A stretch of DNA of 64,000 nucleotides, taken from NCBI GenBank assembly GCA_964291315.2, contig OZ219753.1, positions 288,001 to 352,000 on the forward strand, written 5' to 3'. The notes under the pieces were generated by a model that had not been told where the DNA came from, did no database searches, and worked only from the letters and a program-made list of their open reading frames with translations. Position numbers and translations under genes: made by a program. This DNA comes from Candidatus Poribacteria bacterium (GTDB taxonomy: Bacteria > Poribacteria > WGA-4E > WGA-3G). Shown piece by piece: positions 29,629 to 38,888 of the stretch (position 1 is its first letter; each line of letters starts with the position of its first letter).

Positions 29629-32424
29629 CTAGCGCTTACCTGATTCAAGAACTTCTCTTATTATCTCTTGGCTGCGAATGAGTTGTTGGGCGGACTCTTT
29701 TAGTAGGTTAAACGATTCTGTTACACTTTGGTGAATGTTTTCTTGCTCCTTCGTGGATAGCAATGGAATGGGGAAATCTAAAATATACCGTTCATTCAAG
29801 GTTGGATAGGAAGTCCAAATTGCACCTTTTAACGACCATTTCAGGAAATGTTTAGAGCGCAGAATAGACAGGAGCGACTCTTTATTGATCTGTCCTTTTT
29901 CTTTTAAAATACAGAAGGCACTTGTCCCGATCATATCATCTTCTTGAACAATAGTAATAGCACCTCTGTATGTTCTGACCTTAGAAATGATTAGATCCCC
30001 TTTCATCAAAATACGCTTTCCACCACCGGGCAAGTTTTTGCCCAACATTTCTTGTGGTATTATATTCCCAGTGTGAATATCAACACTCCCTATTTCTACG
30101 TAGCGGTAGAACTTTTCCGGATCTATCTTGAGGCTTTCTTTAGAAAGGTTAAATTCGTCTCCGATACGCGTATGTCCACCTGAGTAACTTTTCATCAGAT
30201 TTTCTATTTCCGTGTGTTTAGGGTGAAAGTAATATGCGTCTATACGTCTTGCTTTTTTGACATCCAAATAATTTTTCTCATAAGTATTGGGCAACGGTTT
30301 CCAATCTTCCACATTTGCGTCTGCAAAAGAAAGGTTAACTTTTCTCGCCCATTCAGCAAACGATTCAGCTATGCCTTTATCTAAATATCCATTATGGCTA
30401 TGCAAATCATGGTCAATAATTGTATGTCCGTTACTGTCTAGTATATTAACCCCACTACTGTCTTTGATATATTTATAGTTGCCTGAGCTATCTTTACCAC
30501 TTTTCTCACTTGATCCAAAAAATATCGGATAATCATATTCTTTCGGACAATAATCAGAGGCATTCTCGTCCTCATTCCATTTTTGAAGCAATAGAACGCC
30601 AGTTTTCGTGTCAGTGTGAGGCTTAAAGGTTTGTTCGTGTAAACTTATTACTGCCACAATACGAGCATGCTCGGTTATAAATTCTCGAATATTTTCGTAT
30701 GTAGGAGCCCCCAGTTTACCTTGTGGTAAAACAATTGCCATTCGGCCCCCAGGCTTTAAGAAATCCAAATTACGCTCAATGAATAAAATTTCACGTCCAA
30801 CCTGGTTTTTGATTTCCCCTTTTTTGTTAGTTGCAAGATCGTATAATTGAAGGATATGATTTTCTTTGATAGCTCCTGCAAACGGAGGATTCGCCATTAC
30901 TAAATCAAATTTGAATCGCCTATTGTCGTTTTTGTCAACACGCAAACGTTCTAGTCGCTTAAAACCTTCATTGTAGGTGTCTATCCAGTTTTTATTACTT
31001 ATGCGTTCATTCCAACGCTTGTAGTCCAATGTGTTAAGTTCCAATACGTTTGTTTCACCGTCACCAGCAATTAGGTTAAGGGTTCTAGCAACTCTAACCG
31101 TTTTTTCATCGAAATCAATGCCGAATACTTTTAGGACATGTTCCTTATCTTCATCCGAAATTTGGGCATCACTGAAGAGGCTACCGGTTAATTTGAAAAT
31201 GGTATGGATGGGGAACCCACAACTGCCTGCGGCGGTATCAATCATATATTCTCCCTGCTTCGGATTTAACATCTGGACACACATATCAATAACATGTCGA
31301 GGAGTAAAATATTGCCCTTTTTCACCCTTCGCTGACTTGTTGACGAGATACTCAAATGCCTCGTCTAAAACAATTAGATTTGAATTAAATAACTTGACAT
31401 CTTGTAAACTGGCGACACATATTGCTAAATGGCTATCGGTTAGTTCAATCTTAGAGCCTTCGGAGAAAACGCCCTGCCATTTCTCTTTGCTTTTCTCGAA
31501 CAGTTCTGAAATTTTTTCTTTCAGTTCGTGTTCGCTTTGTCCAGTATTTCTGAATGCCATCTCTCTAAAATGCTCATTCGAGATCTCATGTATATCAACG
31601 TTTTGTCGCTGGCGCCGCGCTATAAATTCTTTGTCCTTGCGACTTTCATATTCGTCATAGAGTTTGGTAAAGATCAGTTTAAATGCTTCTTCAAAGACAT
31701 CTATGCCCGCGTTTGCAAGCACCTCATCTTCAAGTTCCAGGATTACTTCTTTCAAGGTTCTCCTTTCCTGAACAAGTTTATCCCTTATAATGAGTTCTTT
31801 AAGAGTAAAGCGTTCCTTAAAAATATCTTCTAACCTTTGTTGCGAATTAGGAATATCAGGGATCTCCTCAAAATGGTTGGGAGGCTTGCGATGGTAATGA
31901 GATATGTCTTTCCCGTTTGTCCATACCCCTATCGGTGCCCCTGTTGTATTGCAGTACGAACGCAATTGATCCTTGCCTTCTTTCAACTTCGGTTGTTTCA
32001 CTTCAATGATAATATCTTCGGAATCAGGCCGCTTTTCGTTTAGGACAACAATATCAGCTTTTAGATTGGTACGTCCTCTTTTAATAGCATATTCAACCCG
32101 TAACCGATTTTTAGGATAGCCGTATTGATTTTCAAGTTTCCTCACATAAAGTTGGCGTATAAGTTCCTCGGGTAGCAGGACAAATCTCTTATTTCTGATA
32201 GGGCAGTAAATCAAATACTTTCTTTTTTTTGTTTCATAATTAGTTTCAGGTTCCGTGAATAAATCTATTTGACTAACAGCTGCTATATTTGTTCCTTTTT
32301 GAAGAAAAACATCCTTACTCAAAGATTGAATTTCAAAATCGGTGAACAAAGAACAGCTATGATTGCTATCTTTCAATATGTCTGCAATAACTTGATTGAT
32401 ATTTAATCTGGCTTTTTTACTCAC
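29629..32424 (-). CDS. Fused restriction-modification enzyme: HsdR_N-type endonuclease + N6-adenine methyltransferase + one specificity (TRD) domain
   Basis: PEELIRQ...ADIVV...IIIEVK; GQYFTPR, DTAAGSCGF, NPPF; C-terminal HsdS-like segment; AT-rich; GTG 32424 follows AGAGGA. Confidence 0.88.
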   Translation of the reverse strand: MSKKARLNINQVIADILKDSNHSCSLFTDFEIQSLSKDVFLQKGTNIAAVSQIDLFTEPETNYETKKRKYLIYCPIRNKRFVLLPEELIRQLYVRKLENQYGYPKNRLRVEYAIKRGRTNLKADIVVLNEKRPDSEDIIIEVKQPKLKEGKDQLRSYCNTTGAPIGVWTNGKDISHYHRKPPNHFEEIPDIPNSQQRLEDIFKERFTLKELIIRDKLVQERRTLKEVILELEDEVLANAGIDVFEEAFKLIFTKLYDEYESRKDKEFIARRQRQNVDIHEISNEHFREMAFRNTGQSEHELKEKISELFEKSKEKWQGVFSEGSKIELTDSHLAICVASLQDVKLFNSNLIVLDEAFEYLVNKSAKGEKGQYFTPRHVIDMCVQMLNPKQGEYMIDTAAGSCGFPIHTIFKLTGSLFSDAQISDEDKEHVLKVFGIDFDEKTVRVARTLNLIAGDGETNVLELNTLDYKRWNERISNKNWIDTYNEGFKRLERLRVDKNDNRRFKFDLVMANPPFAGAIKENHILQLYDLATNKKGEIKNQVGREILFIERNLDFLKPGGRMAIVLPQGKLGAPTYENIREFITEHARIVAVISLHEQTFKPHTDTKTGVLLLQKWNEDENASDYCPKEYDYPIFFGSSEKSGKDSSGNYKYIKDSSGVNILDSNGHTIIDHDLHSHNGYLDKGIAESFAEWARKVNLSFADANVEDWKPLPNTYEKNYLDVKKARRIDAYYFHPKHTEIENLMKSYSGGHTRIGDEFNLSKESLKIDPEKFYRYVEIGSVDIHTGNIIPQEMLGKNLPGGGKRILMKGDLIISKVRTYRGAITIVQEDDMIGTSAFCILKEKGQINKESLLSILRSKHFLKWSLKGAIWTSYPTLNERYILDFPIPLLSTKEQENIHQSVTESFNLLKESAQQLIRSQEIIREVLESGKR

Positions 32425-32509
32425 TATGATTTCCTCTTTTAATTTTATTAAGCACGTATAGATTATCGCCAAAGTCTTGTTGATTGCTCCAGAGAAAGTC
32501 TGATCTCAT
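32417..32509 (-). CDS. 30-aa upstream ORF overlapping the RM gene start
   Basis: AGAAAGG RBS, then MRSDFLWSNQQDFGDNLYVLNKIKRGNHSE*; stop overlaps the RM GTG; TTGAAC-17-TATTAT upstream. Confidence 0.4.
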   Translation of the reverse strand: MRSDFLWSNQQDFGDNLYVLNKIKRGNHSE

Positions 32510-32855
32510 AAAATTACCTTTCTTTCCCATTTCGGAGTATGTGTGTTATAATATACTAATCCATCTTTTGGTTCAAGTCTAAATCCTATTCTAATGCACA
32601 GGTAGATAGATATTGCTTAGTATTCAATCTTAGACCAATTGCAAGAAACCATTTTTGGAGTAGAATTTTCGTGCCGCGAAACACTGTGCTGAATGTCATT
32701 TTGAAATTTGCTTTTCAAAACAAGTTGTAATTTCTCGTTTTTTTTGCTAAACTATTTGAACCAGTCTGGGTAAGACGGTGAAGCGTAACGCACACTCCGC
32801 CCCTACTCTCCCACCTGTCTAGGGGATAAATAGATTGGAGATATGGAATGCCGAG

Positions 32856-33116
32856 ATGGATATATCGGAAGAACTTAAAGCACGGGACGAGCGCATCGAA
32901 AGATTGGAACGCGCCCTTTTATTAATTCTGAGTCTAAACATCGGGAATCATCTTGATAAGTCTTCTAAGAATTGTTTCAGCCACATCCAGTCTTTTGCTG
33001 TAGAACAGTTAGAAGCCCTGGTTGCAGAGGCCGGTTGCACAGAAAAAGTGATCGAAGACTTGCTTGCTGCGTGTGAGAAACGTTTCCGTATTGAATTGGA
33101 TGTATTACGTCACTAA
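32856..33116 (+). CDS. Small hypothetical helical protein
   Basis: MDISEELKARDERIERLERALL...; no recognisable family. Confidence 0.55.
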   Translation: MDISEELKARDERIERLERALLLILSLNIGNHLDKSSKNCFSHIQSFAVEQLEALVAEAGCTEKVIEDLLAACEKRFRIELDVLRH

Positions 33117-33217
33117 CCTAATAAATTTGAGGGTTTTCGATTAGGATTCGAGTATAAATCTTTAAGCGACTTCAGCCTTTAAATTCGAACTTACGTCAAT
33201 TTTTAAGAGGAAAAATA

Positions 33218-34102
33218 ATGTTTAGATATTTTTTAGTCGCACTTGTTTTAGTGTTAGTTGTAGGTGCATTGACGATTGATGCGTCGATAGAAAAAGCAAT
33301 TTTACTGAAGGCACACGGTTTAAATGATGATGCAAAGCGCGAACTCATCAACTTTATTTTTTACAAGGATTCGGAAAGAAGAGACAAGCCTCGCGCGTAT
33401 TATTTACTTGGATCAATTGCCCTTGATGAGAATAAGATCCGAGCTGCTACAAAGACTTGGAGTTATATCATTGAAAAGTATCCAGATTCCGACGAGGCAC
33501 TGATAGTAAAAGAGAGAATAGACGAGTTATCCAAGGGGACTTTATCCGTTTATACAGAAAGCGTTGAAACAGCTGATTATTCCGTTGCCAAATTGTATTT
33601 GAAAAACGCAGATTTCTGGTCGAAAGATAAAGATGACAGTTGGATGATTGATTCAAGTTGGATCCCTAAAGTCGAATTCGCCTTAAAGTGGTATGATAAG
33701 GTTATCTCCGAATTTCCAAAAAGTGAAGAAGCACGCGTCGCCTATATAGGGAAGGTACGTACCTTACTGGGTTGGAAAGAATATGACGGTGACACTTACG
33801 GTATAGAGGCAAATTTTTCCAAATATATCGGAAAACTTGTCGACACTTTTCGTGATTTTGAGAGAGATTTTCCAAACGATGTTACCCTTCAGAATTGTAG
33901 GTTTCAGATCGGACAAGCCTATTTTGTTCGATCGATCATAATAGGGATAAAAAAACGTTCAGAGTCGAAAAAGTATCTTGAACAAGCAAGGCAGTGGTTT
34001 GACGAAGTTATAGCGAATTCTATAGAGAATGATTCCTTCTATCGTCAGATCTCTGAAGAGAGAAATAAGTATATCAATACTCGGATTGGTACAATGAAGT
34101 AA
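33218..34102 (+). CDS. Secreted TPR-like protein
   Basis: Signal peptide MFRYFLVALVLVLVVGA; helical repeats AYYLLG..., IIEKYPDSDEA, VISEFPKSEEA. Confidence 0.75.
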   Translation: MFRYFLVALVLVLVVGALTIDASIEKAILLKAHGLNDDAKRELINFIFYKDSERRDKPRAYYLLGSIALDENKIRAATKTWSYIIEKYPDSDEALIVKERIDELSKGTLSVYTESVETADYSVAKLYLKNADFWSKDKDDSWMIDSSWIPKVEFALKWYDKVISEFPKSEEARVAYIGKVRTLLGWKEYDGDTYGIEANFSKYIGKLVDTFRDFERDFPNDVTLQNCRFQIGQAYFVRSIIIGIKKRSESKKYLEQARQWFDEVIANSIENDSFYRQISEERNKYINTRIGTMK

Positions 34103-34232
34103 AATTTTTCAGCCCACGGAGTTACCGATGTTTTTTTACTCTAAATCTTTTTTCAAACTCACGTTATCAATTAGCCAGATTACTTTACTACTCTTCAATA
34201 ACGAGATTTCCGCAGAGATCCAATATAAAAAC

Positions 34233-35246
34233 ATGCAAACTCACGTCTATCTCTCTATAGCTGGAGAAAACAGAATCGCCATTTACGCATTCGACGCTTC
34301 CAACGGTAGCATCGAATTTCAAGAAAATATTACCGTTAGCGGTTCTCCCGGACCTCTAACTCTTTCACCGTGCCGCAACTATCTCTATGCCGGGCTTCGG
34401 TCAAGTCGAGAAATCGCGAGCTTCCGTGTTCATAAAGAGACGAAACACCTGATACACCTCCGAACAATCCAACTCGATGCAGATACATGCTATATTGCAA
34501 CCGACAAGACTGGGAATTTCCTGCTCTCTGCCTATTACGCCGCCGGCAAAGTCACCGTTCATACCATCGGTGACGATGGAACTGTGCAGGGTGAACCGCT
34601 TCAAACTGTTGAAACCGACATACATGCACACGCTATCGAAACAGATGCTTCAAACCGATACGCCTTCGTCCCGCATACTGTCCCGCGAAATGCTATCTAT
34701 CAATTTCATTTCGACGAACAGACAGGCACGCTCACCGAGAATCTAATGGGCAATCTCAATCCGGATGCTCCTATCGGCCCACGACATTTCTGTTTTCATC
34801 CGAGTGAGCCGATCTGCTACTTCTCAAATGAGCAAGGTTCTAGTGTTTCTAGCTATATGCTCGATGAAAAAGAACATCCAGGAAACTTAATGATTTTGCA
34901 ACGAGACCTCTTTACCCTTCCCGAAGATTTTGTGGAAGATAATACTTGTGCCCAAATCCACATCGATCCACAAGGGATGTTTCTCTATGTTTCCAACCGC
35001 GGGCATGACAGCATCGCAGCATTCACAATTGACGCGGATAGCGGGAAATTAAGCGCTATTGGACATCAGACCACCGAACCTACACCGCGCGTCTTCAATA
35101 TTGACGCAACAGGAAATTTCCTCTTTGTCGGCGGACAAGGTTCAGGGAGACTCGCCACCTATCGCATCAACCGAGAAACCGGGGAATTATCGCCACTCGT
35201 TGCCTACGAGGTCGGCAAAAACCCCATGTGGATACTTTTTATCTAA
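34233..35246 (+). CDS. pgl: Lactonase family beta-propeller (6-phosphogluconolactonase-like)
   Basis: HAHAI, GPRHFCFHP, FLYVSNRGHDSIA, PRVFNID. Confidence 0.85.
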   Translation: MQTHVYLSIAGENRIAIYAFDASNGSIEFQENITVSGSPGPLTLSPCRNYLYAGLRSSREIASFRVHKETKHLIHLRTIQLDADTCYIATDKTGNFLLSAYYAAGKVTVHTIGDDGTVQGEPLQTVETDIHAHAIETDASNRYAFVPHTVPRNAIYQFHFDEQTGTLTENLMGNLNPDAPIGPRHFCFHPSEPICYFSNEQGSSVSSYMLDEKEHPGNLMILQRDLFTLPEDFVEDNTCAQIHIDPQGMFLYVSNRGHDSIAAFTIDADSGKLSAIGHQTTEPTPRVFNIDATGNFLFVGGQGSGRLATYRINRETGELSPLVAYEVGKNPMWILFI

Positions 35247-35893
35247 TGGAACAGCACGGAATTTTCATTACATTCGAAGGGGTGGAAGGTTCAGGCAAAA
35301 CAACACAAGCGGAGCGACTTGCAGATGCCTTGGGACCAAACGTTTTACTCACCCGGGAACCCGGCGGCACGTCTATTGCCGAACGCATACGCGACCTCTT
35401 CCTAACCTCCGACGGCATCATACCGATGACAGAAGTGTTGATGATCGCAGCTGCACGCGCACAACATGTGGCCGAACGCATACGCCCTGCATTAGAAGCA
35501 CATCAAATTGTCATCTGCGACAGGTTTATTGATGCAACGCTCGCTTATCAAGGTTACCGCGGCGGCATCGCCCTTGATTTTATCTATCAACTCAATCGAA
35601 CCGTTATAGGCGATGTGTTTCCTGACCTCACCTTCCTACTTGATCTATCACCAGAGATCGGTTTACAGCGTCAACAGAAAGATAGAGCACACTGTGACCG
35701 ACTCCACAGAGAACCCGTGGAATCTCATCAGAAAGTTCGCGAGGGGTACTTGCTCACCGCAAAAACAGACCCGCACCGTGTCAAAATCATAGATGCAACA
35801 CTATCTCCAGATGCCGTTCACACCGCCATCTTGACGGAATATCGAAAATACTGCTTAAAGAAAGAAGAACTGCCTATTCACAAAGAAAAATGA
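35246..35893 (+). CDS. tmk: Thymidylate kinase
   Basis: FITFEGVEGSGKTTQ, TREPGG, CDRFIDATLAYQG; ATG overlaps the pgl stop. Confidence 0.96.
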   Translation: MEQHGIFITFEGVEGSGKTTQAERLADALGPNVLLTREPGGTSIAERIRDLFLTSDGIIPMTEVLMIAAARAQHVAERIRPALEAHQIVICDRFIDATLAYQGYRGGIALDFIYQLNRTVIGDVFPDLTFLLDLSPEIGLQRQQKDRAHCDRLHREPVESHQKVREGYLLTAKTDPHRVKIIDATLSPDAVHTAILTEYRKYCLKKEELPIHKEK

Positions 35894-36849
35894 AAAATTC
35901 AATCTTTGGAAATCAACAAATTCTCGACCAGCTCCAGCGAACTGTCGAATCAGAACGCATCGCCGGAGCGTACCTTTTCGTTGGGCCAAAAGGGGTCGGC
36001 AAGGAGACAGTCGCGAGCTATTTCACAAAACTGATCTTCTGCCAGAAAAACGCGCACCCACCTACAGTCTGTGGAACATGTCTCGCCTGTCGCAAGGTGG
36101 ATTCCGGAAACCATCCAGATCTCGAGTACATCCGACCTGAAGGAAGCATATTAAAAATAGGGCAAATTCGGGAGCTCCAAAAACGGATCATCTATGAACC
36201 ACTTGAAGCACGTCGAAAGGTCTACATCTTGACCGATGTGGATCGGATGAATGCCGAGGCAGAAAATTGCCTGCTCAAGACACTTGAGGAACCGCCTGCC
36301 TCTTCTGTTTTGATTCTGATTACATTCAATATCCAAGCTCTGCTTCCAACAACGCGTTCTCGATGCCAAATTCTCCAATTTCACCCGATGCCGACGCAGG
36401 AATTAGCAGCAGTTTTAATGGATAGTTTTTCAGTTACACCGGAGCAGGCGACAACACTTGCAGTCGCCGCGGGCGGTGCAATCGGAAAAGCTATCAATCA
36501 GCTTGAAAAGGGAAGCGCGCTTACCGAAGAAGTCCCTGAAATTCTCAAGGAGGCGGACTTATTAGCTGCTTTCAGAATCGCTGAGAATTTCAGAGATAAC
36601 CCTGAAACCTTAGATAGTCTGGTCACATGGTATCGCGATCTACTCTTTTTGCAACAAGGGGCCCCAATTGAATTAATAACACACGTTCATTCCCTTGAAG
36701 AACTCCAAATCCTTGCTCCCCGATATTCTCGTCTATCTATTCAACAAGCCATTCAAACCGTCTTTAACACCAAATTCCTCCTTGAAAATACGAATACGAA
36801 CGCCACTTTGGCGCTGGAGGTGATGTGTTTGAAATTACTCAAACTGTAG
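35890..36849 (+). CDS. holB: DNA polymerase III delta' subunit
   Basis: AYLFVGPKGVGK, CGTCLAC, HPD, NCLLKTLEEPP, SRC; tmk-holB synteny. Confidence 0.95.
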   Translation: MKNSIFGNQQILDQLQRTVESERIAGAYLFVGPKGVGKETVASYFTKLIFCQKNAHPPTVCGTCLACRKVDSGNHPDLEYIRPEGSILKIGQIRELQKRIIYEPLEARRKVYILTDVDRMNAEAENCLLKTLEEPPASSVLILITFNIQALLPTTRSRCQILQFHPMPTQELAAVLMDSFSVTPEQATTLAVAAGGAIGKAINQLEKGSALTEEVPEILKEADLLAAFRIAENFRDNPETLDSLVTWYRDLLFLQQGAPIELITHVHSLEELQILAPRYSRLSIQQAIQTVFNTKFLLENTNTNATLALEVMCLKLLKL

Positions 36850-36884
36850 AAAGAACTAAATAGCTTTGTACCCGTGAGATCATA

Positions 36885-36913
36885 TTGACAAGCCTGCTTT
36901 CTTATGATATAAT
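36885..36913 (+). promoter_or_regulatory. Consensus sigma70 promoter of metG
   Basis: TTGACA-17 nt-TATAAT with TG extension. Confidence 0.8.
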
Positions 36914-36966
36914 TTTCCGGTAAATTAATTCAATGCAGCCTAAACGGAACCCTAAAAAGGAACACA

Positions 36967-38862
36967 ATGAGTGCATTTTACGTCACCACTCCTATCTACT
37001 ATGTAAACGGCCGACCGCATGCTGGACACGCCTATACCAACATCGCTTCTGATGTTTTGGCGCGTTATCACCGTCTCAAAGGTAATAAAGTTTTTTTTCT
37101 CACCGGCATTGATGAGCACGGGTCAAATGTACATAAAGCCGCTGAGGATGCAGGTCTTGATCCGCAAGCTTATTGTGATAAGATAGCTCCTACATTTGTG
37201 AAGCTTTGGGATCGACTAAATATCTCACACGATATTTTCCTACGCACGACGAGCGGTCTGCACAAACGGGGCGTGGCGAAATTTTTCTCAGCACTCCATG
37301 CAAGCGGTGATATCTATAAAGGTGCTTACGAGGGGCACTACTGTGTCTCATGTGAGCAGTTTTTCCCAGAAAAAGAACTTACAGACGAAAAAATCTGTCC
37401 GATACATAAGTTACCGCTCCAATGGTTAGAAGAAGAGAACTACTTTTTCCGACTTTCCAAGTACCAAGGACGTTTGCTTGCCCATTTCCACGCAAATCCG
37501 GATTTCGTCTACCCTATAGCTCGACGCAATGAACTCTTGAACTTTATGGAATCCGGATTAGAAGATATAAGCATATCACGCGCCTCTGTCTCCTGGGGTA
37601 TTTCTTTACCGTTTGATCCCGGGCACGTCATCTATGTCTGGGTTGAAGCGTTGACGAACTATATAACGGCGCTCGATTATGAAAACGAAAGCGATCGGTA
37701 CCATGCCTTTTGGCCCGCCGATGTTCACATGATGGCGAAGGACATTACCCGTTTTCACGCCATCCTTTGGCCCGCAATGCTCATGGCTGCTGATCTGCCT
37801 CTTCCGAAGCAGATTGTTGCACACGGTTGGCTGACAAAGGACGGTGAGGCCCTGAGCAAAACGCGGGGGATCGTCATTGATATGGAGGGCGACATTGTGA
37901 CTTATGGGGTTGATGCCTTCCGTTATTATCTTCTACGCGAGTTTAGTTTCGGAAACGACGGCGACTACCGTCCTGCTCGCTTACATGCACGCTACAACTC
38001 CGATCTTGCCAACGATCTCGGAAATCTACTTAACCGCGTCCTCGGGCTACTGAACAAAAACTTTGAAGGAGTCCCTGCACCGACAACGCCAGGTGAGTTT
38101 GACGAGGACATCAAAGCAATGGCACCGACTACGAGTGCCCGGTTAGATGAACACATAAAGAGGTTCGCATTTGATGCAGCCTTGGAGACCATCTGGGAAT
38201 TTGTCCGCCGCATTAACCGGTATGTCCAGCAGACTCAAGTTTGGACGCTCGTGAAGCCTGAAACGAAGCCGAGAATGGGAACTATCCTTTACAATAGTTT
38301 AGAGGCACTTCGGATCATTTCTGCCCTGATTTCACCCTTTATTCCCGAAACGGCTGAGAAAATTCAGAAGCAGATCGGTTTAACTGAATTGGATACTGCC
38401 ACGGCGTGGGGAGGTTTACTGGTCGGAAGAAAGGTCAGCATAGGGCAGCCTATCTTCCCGCGCATCCATACCAAAGATCAGAAACCTCCACAACTGCAAA
38501 CCGAGACGAAACCACAGGAGAAGCCGAAAGGGCGAGCTGCCAATTCAGTTTCTTTTGCTGATTTCCAGAAGCTTGATCTGCGAATTGCCCGTATCCTTGC
38601 TGCTGAACCGATTGACGGGGCGGATCGACTCCTCAAGCTGCAAGTTGACCTCGGCACTGAAAAACGACAGATCGTTGCTGGAATTGCTGAGCATTACACT
38701 ACAGAAGCATTGGTCGGAAAACAGGTAATAATTGTTGCAAATTTAGAACCCGCAACCATTCGAGGTGTCGAATCGCAAGGTATGGTTCTAGCAGGAAGTG
38801 GCGACTCCATAGTTCTAGCAACCCTTGAAAAAGAGATGTCTCTCGGTACGCAAGTAAGGTAG
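36967..38862 (+). CDS. metG: Methionyl-tRNA synthetase with C-terminal tRNA-binding domain
   Basis: YVTTPIYYVN, HAGH, TGIDEHG, YVWVEAL, KDITRFH, ALSKT, C-terminal RGVESQGM. Confidence 0.97.
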   Translation: MSAFYVTTPIYYVNGRPHAGHAYTNIASDVLARYHRLKGNKVFFLTGIDEHGSNVHKAAEDAGLDPQAYCDKIAPTFVKLWDRLNISHDIFLRTTSGLHKRGVAKFFSALHASGDIYKGAYEGHYCVSCEQFFPEKELTDEKICPIHKLPLQWLEEENYFFRLSKYQGRLLAHFHANPDFVYPIARRNELLNFMESGLEDISISRASVSWGISLPFDPGHVIYVWVEALTNYITALDYENESDRYHAFWPADVHMMAKDITRFHAILWPAMLMAADLPLPKQIVAHGWLTKDGEALSKTRGIVIDMEGDIVTYGVDAFRYYLLREFSFGNDGDYRPARLHARYNSDLANDLGNLLNRVLGLLNKNFEGVPAPTTPGEFDEDIKAMAPTTSARLDEHIKRFAFDAALETIWEFVRRINRYVQQTQVWTLVKPETKPRMGTILYNSLEALRIISALISPFIPETAEKIQKQIGLTELDTATAWGGLLVGRKVSIGQPIFPRIHTKDQKPPQLQTETKPQEKPKGRAANSVSFADFQKLDLRIARILAAEPIDGADRLLKLQVDLGTEKRQIVAGIAEHYTTEALVGKQVIIVANLEPATIRGVESQGMVLAGSGDSIVLATLEKEMSLGTQVR

Positions 38863-38888
38863 GAGCGCACATTGTTTGCCTGGATAAG

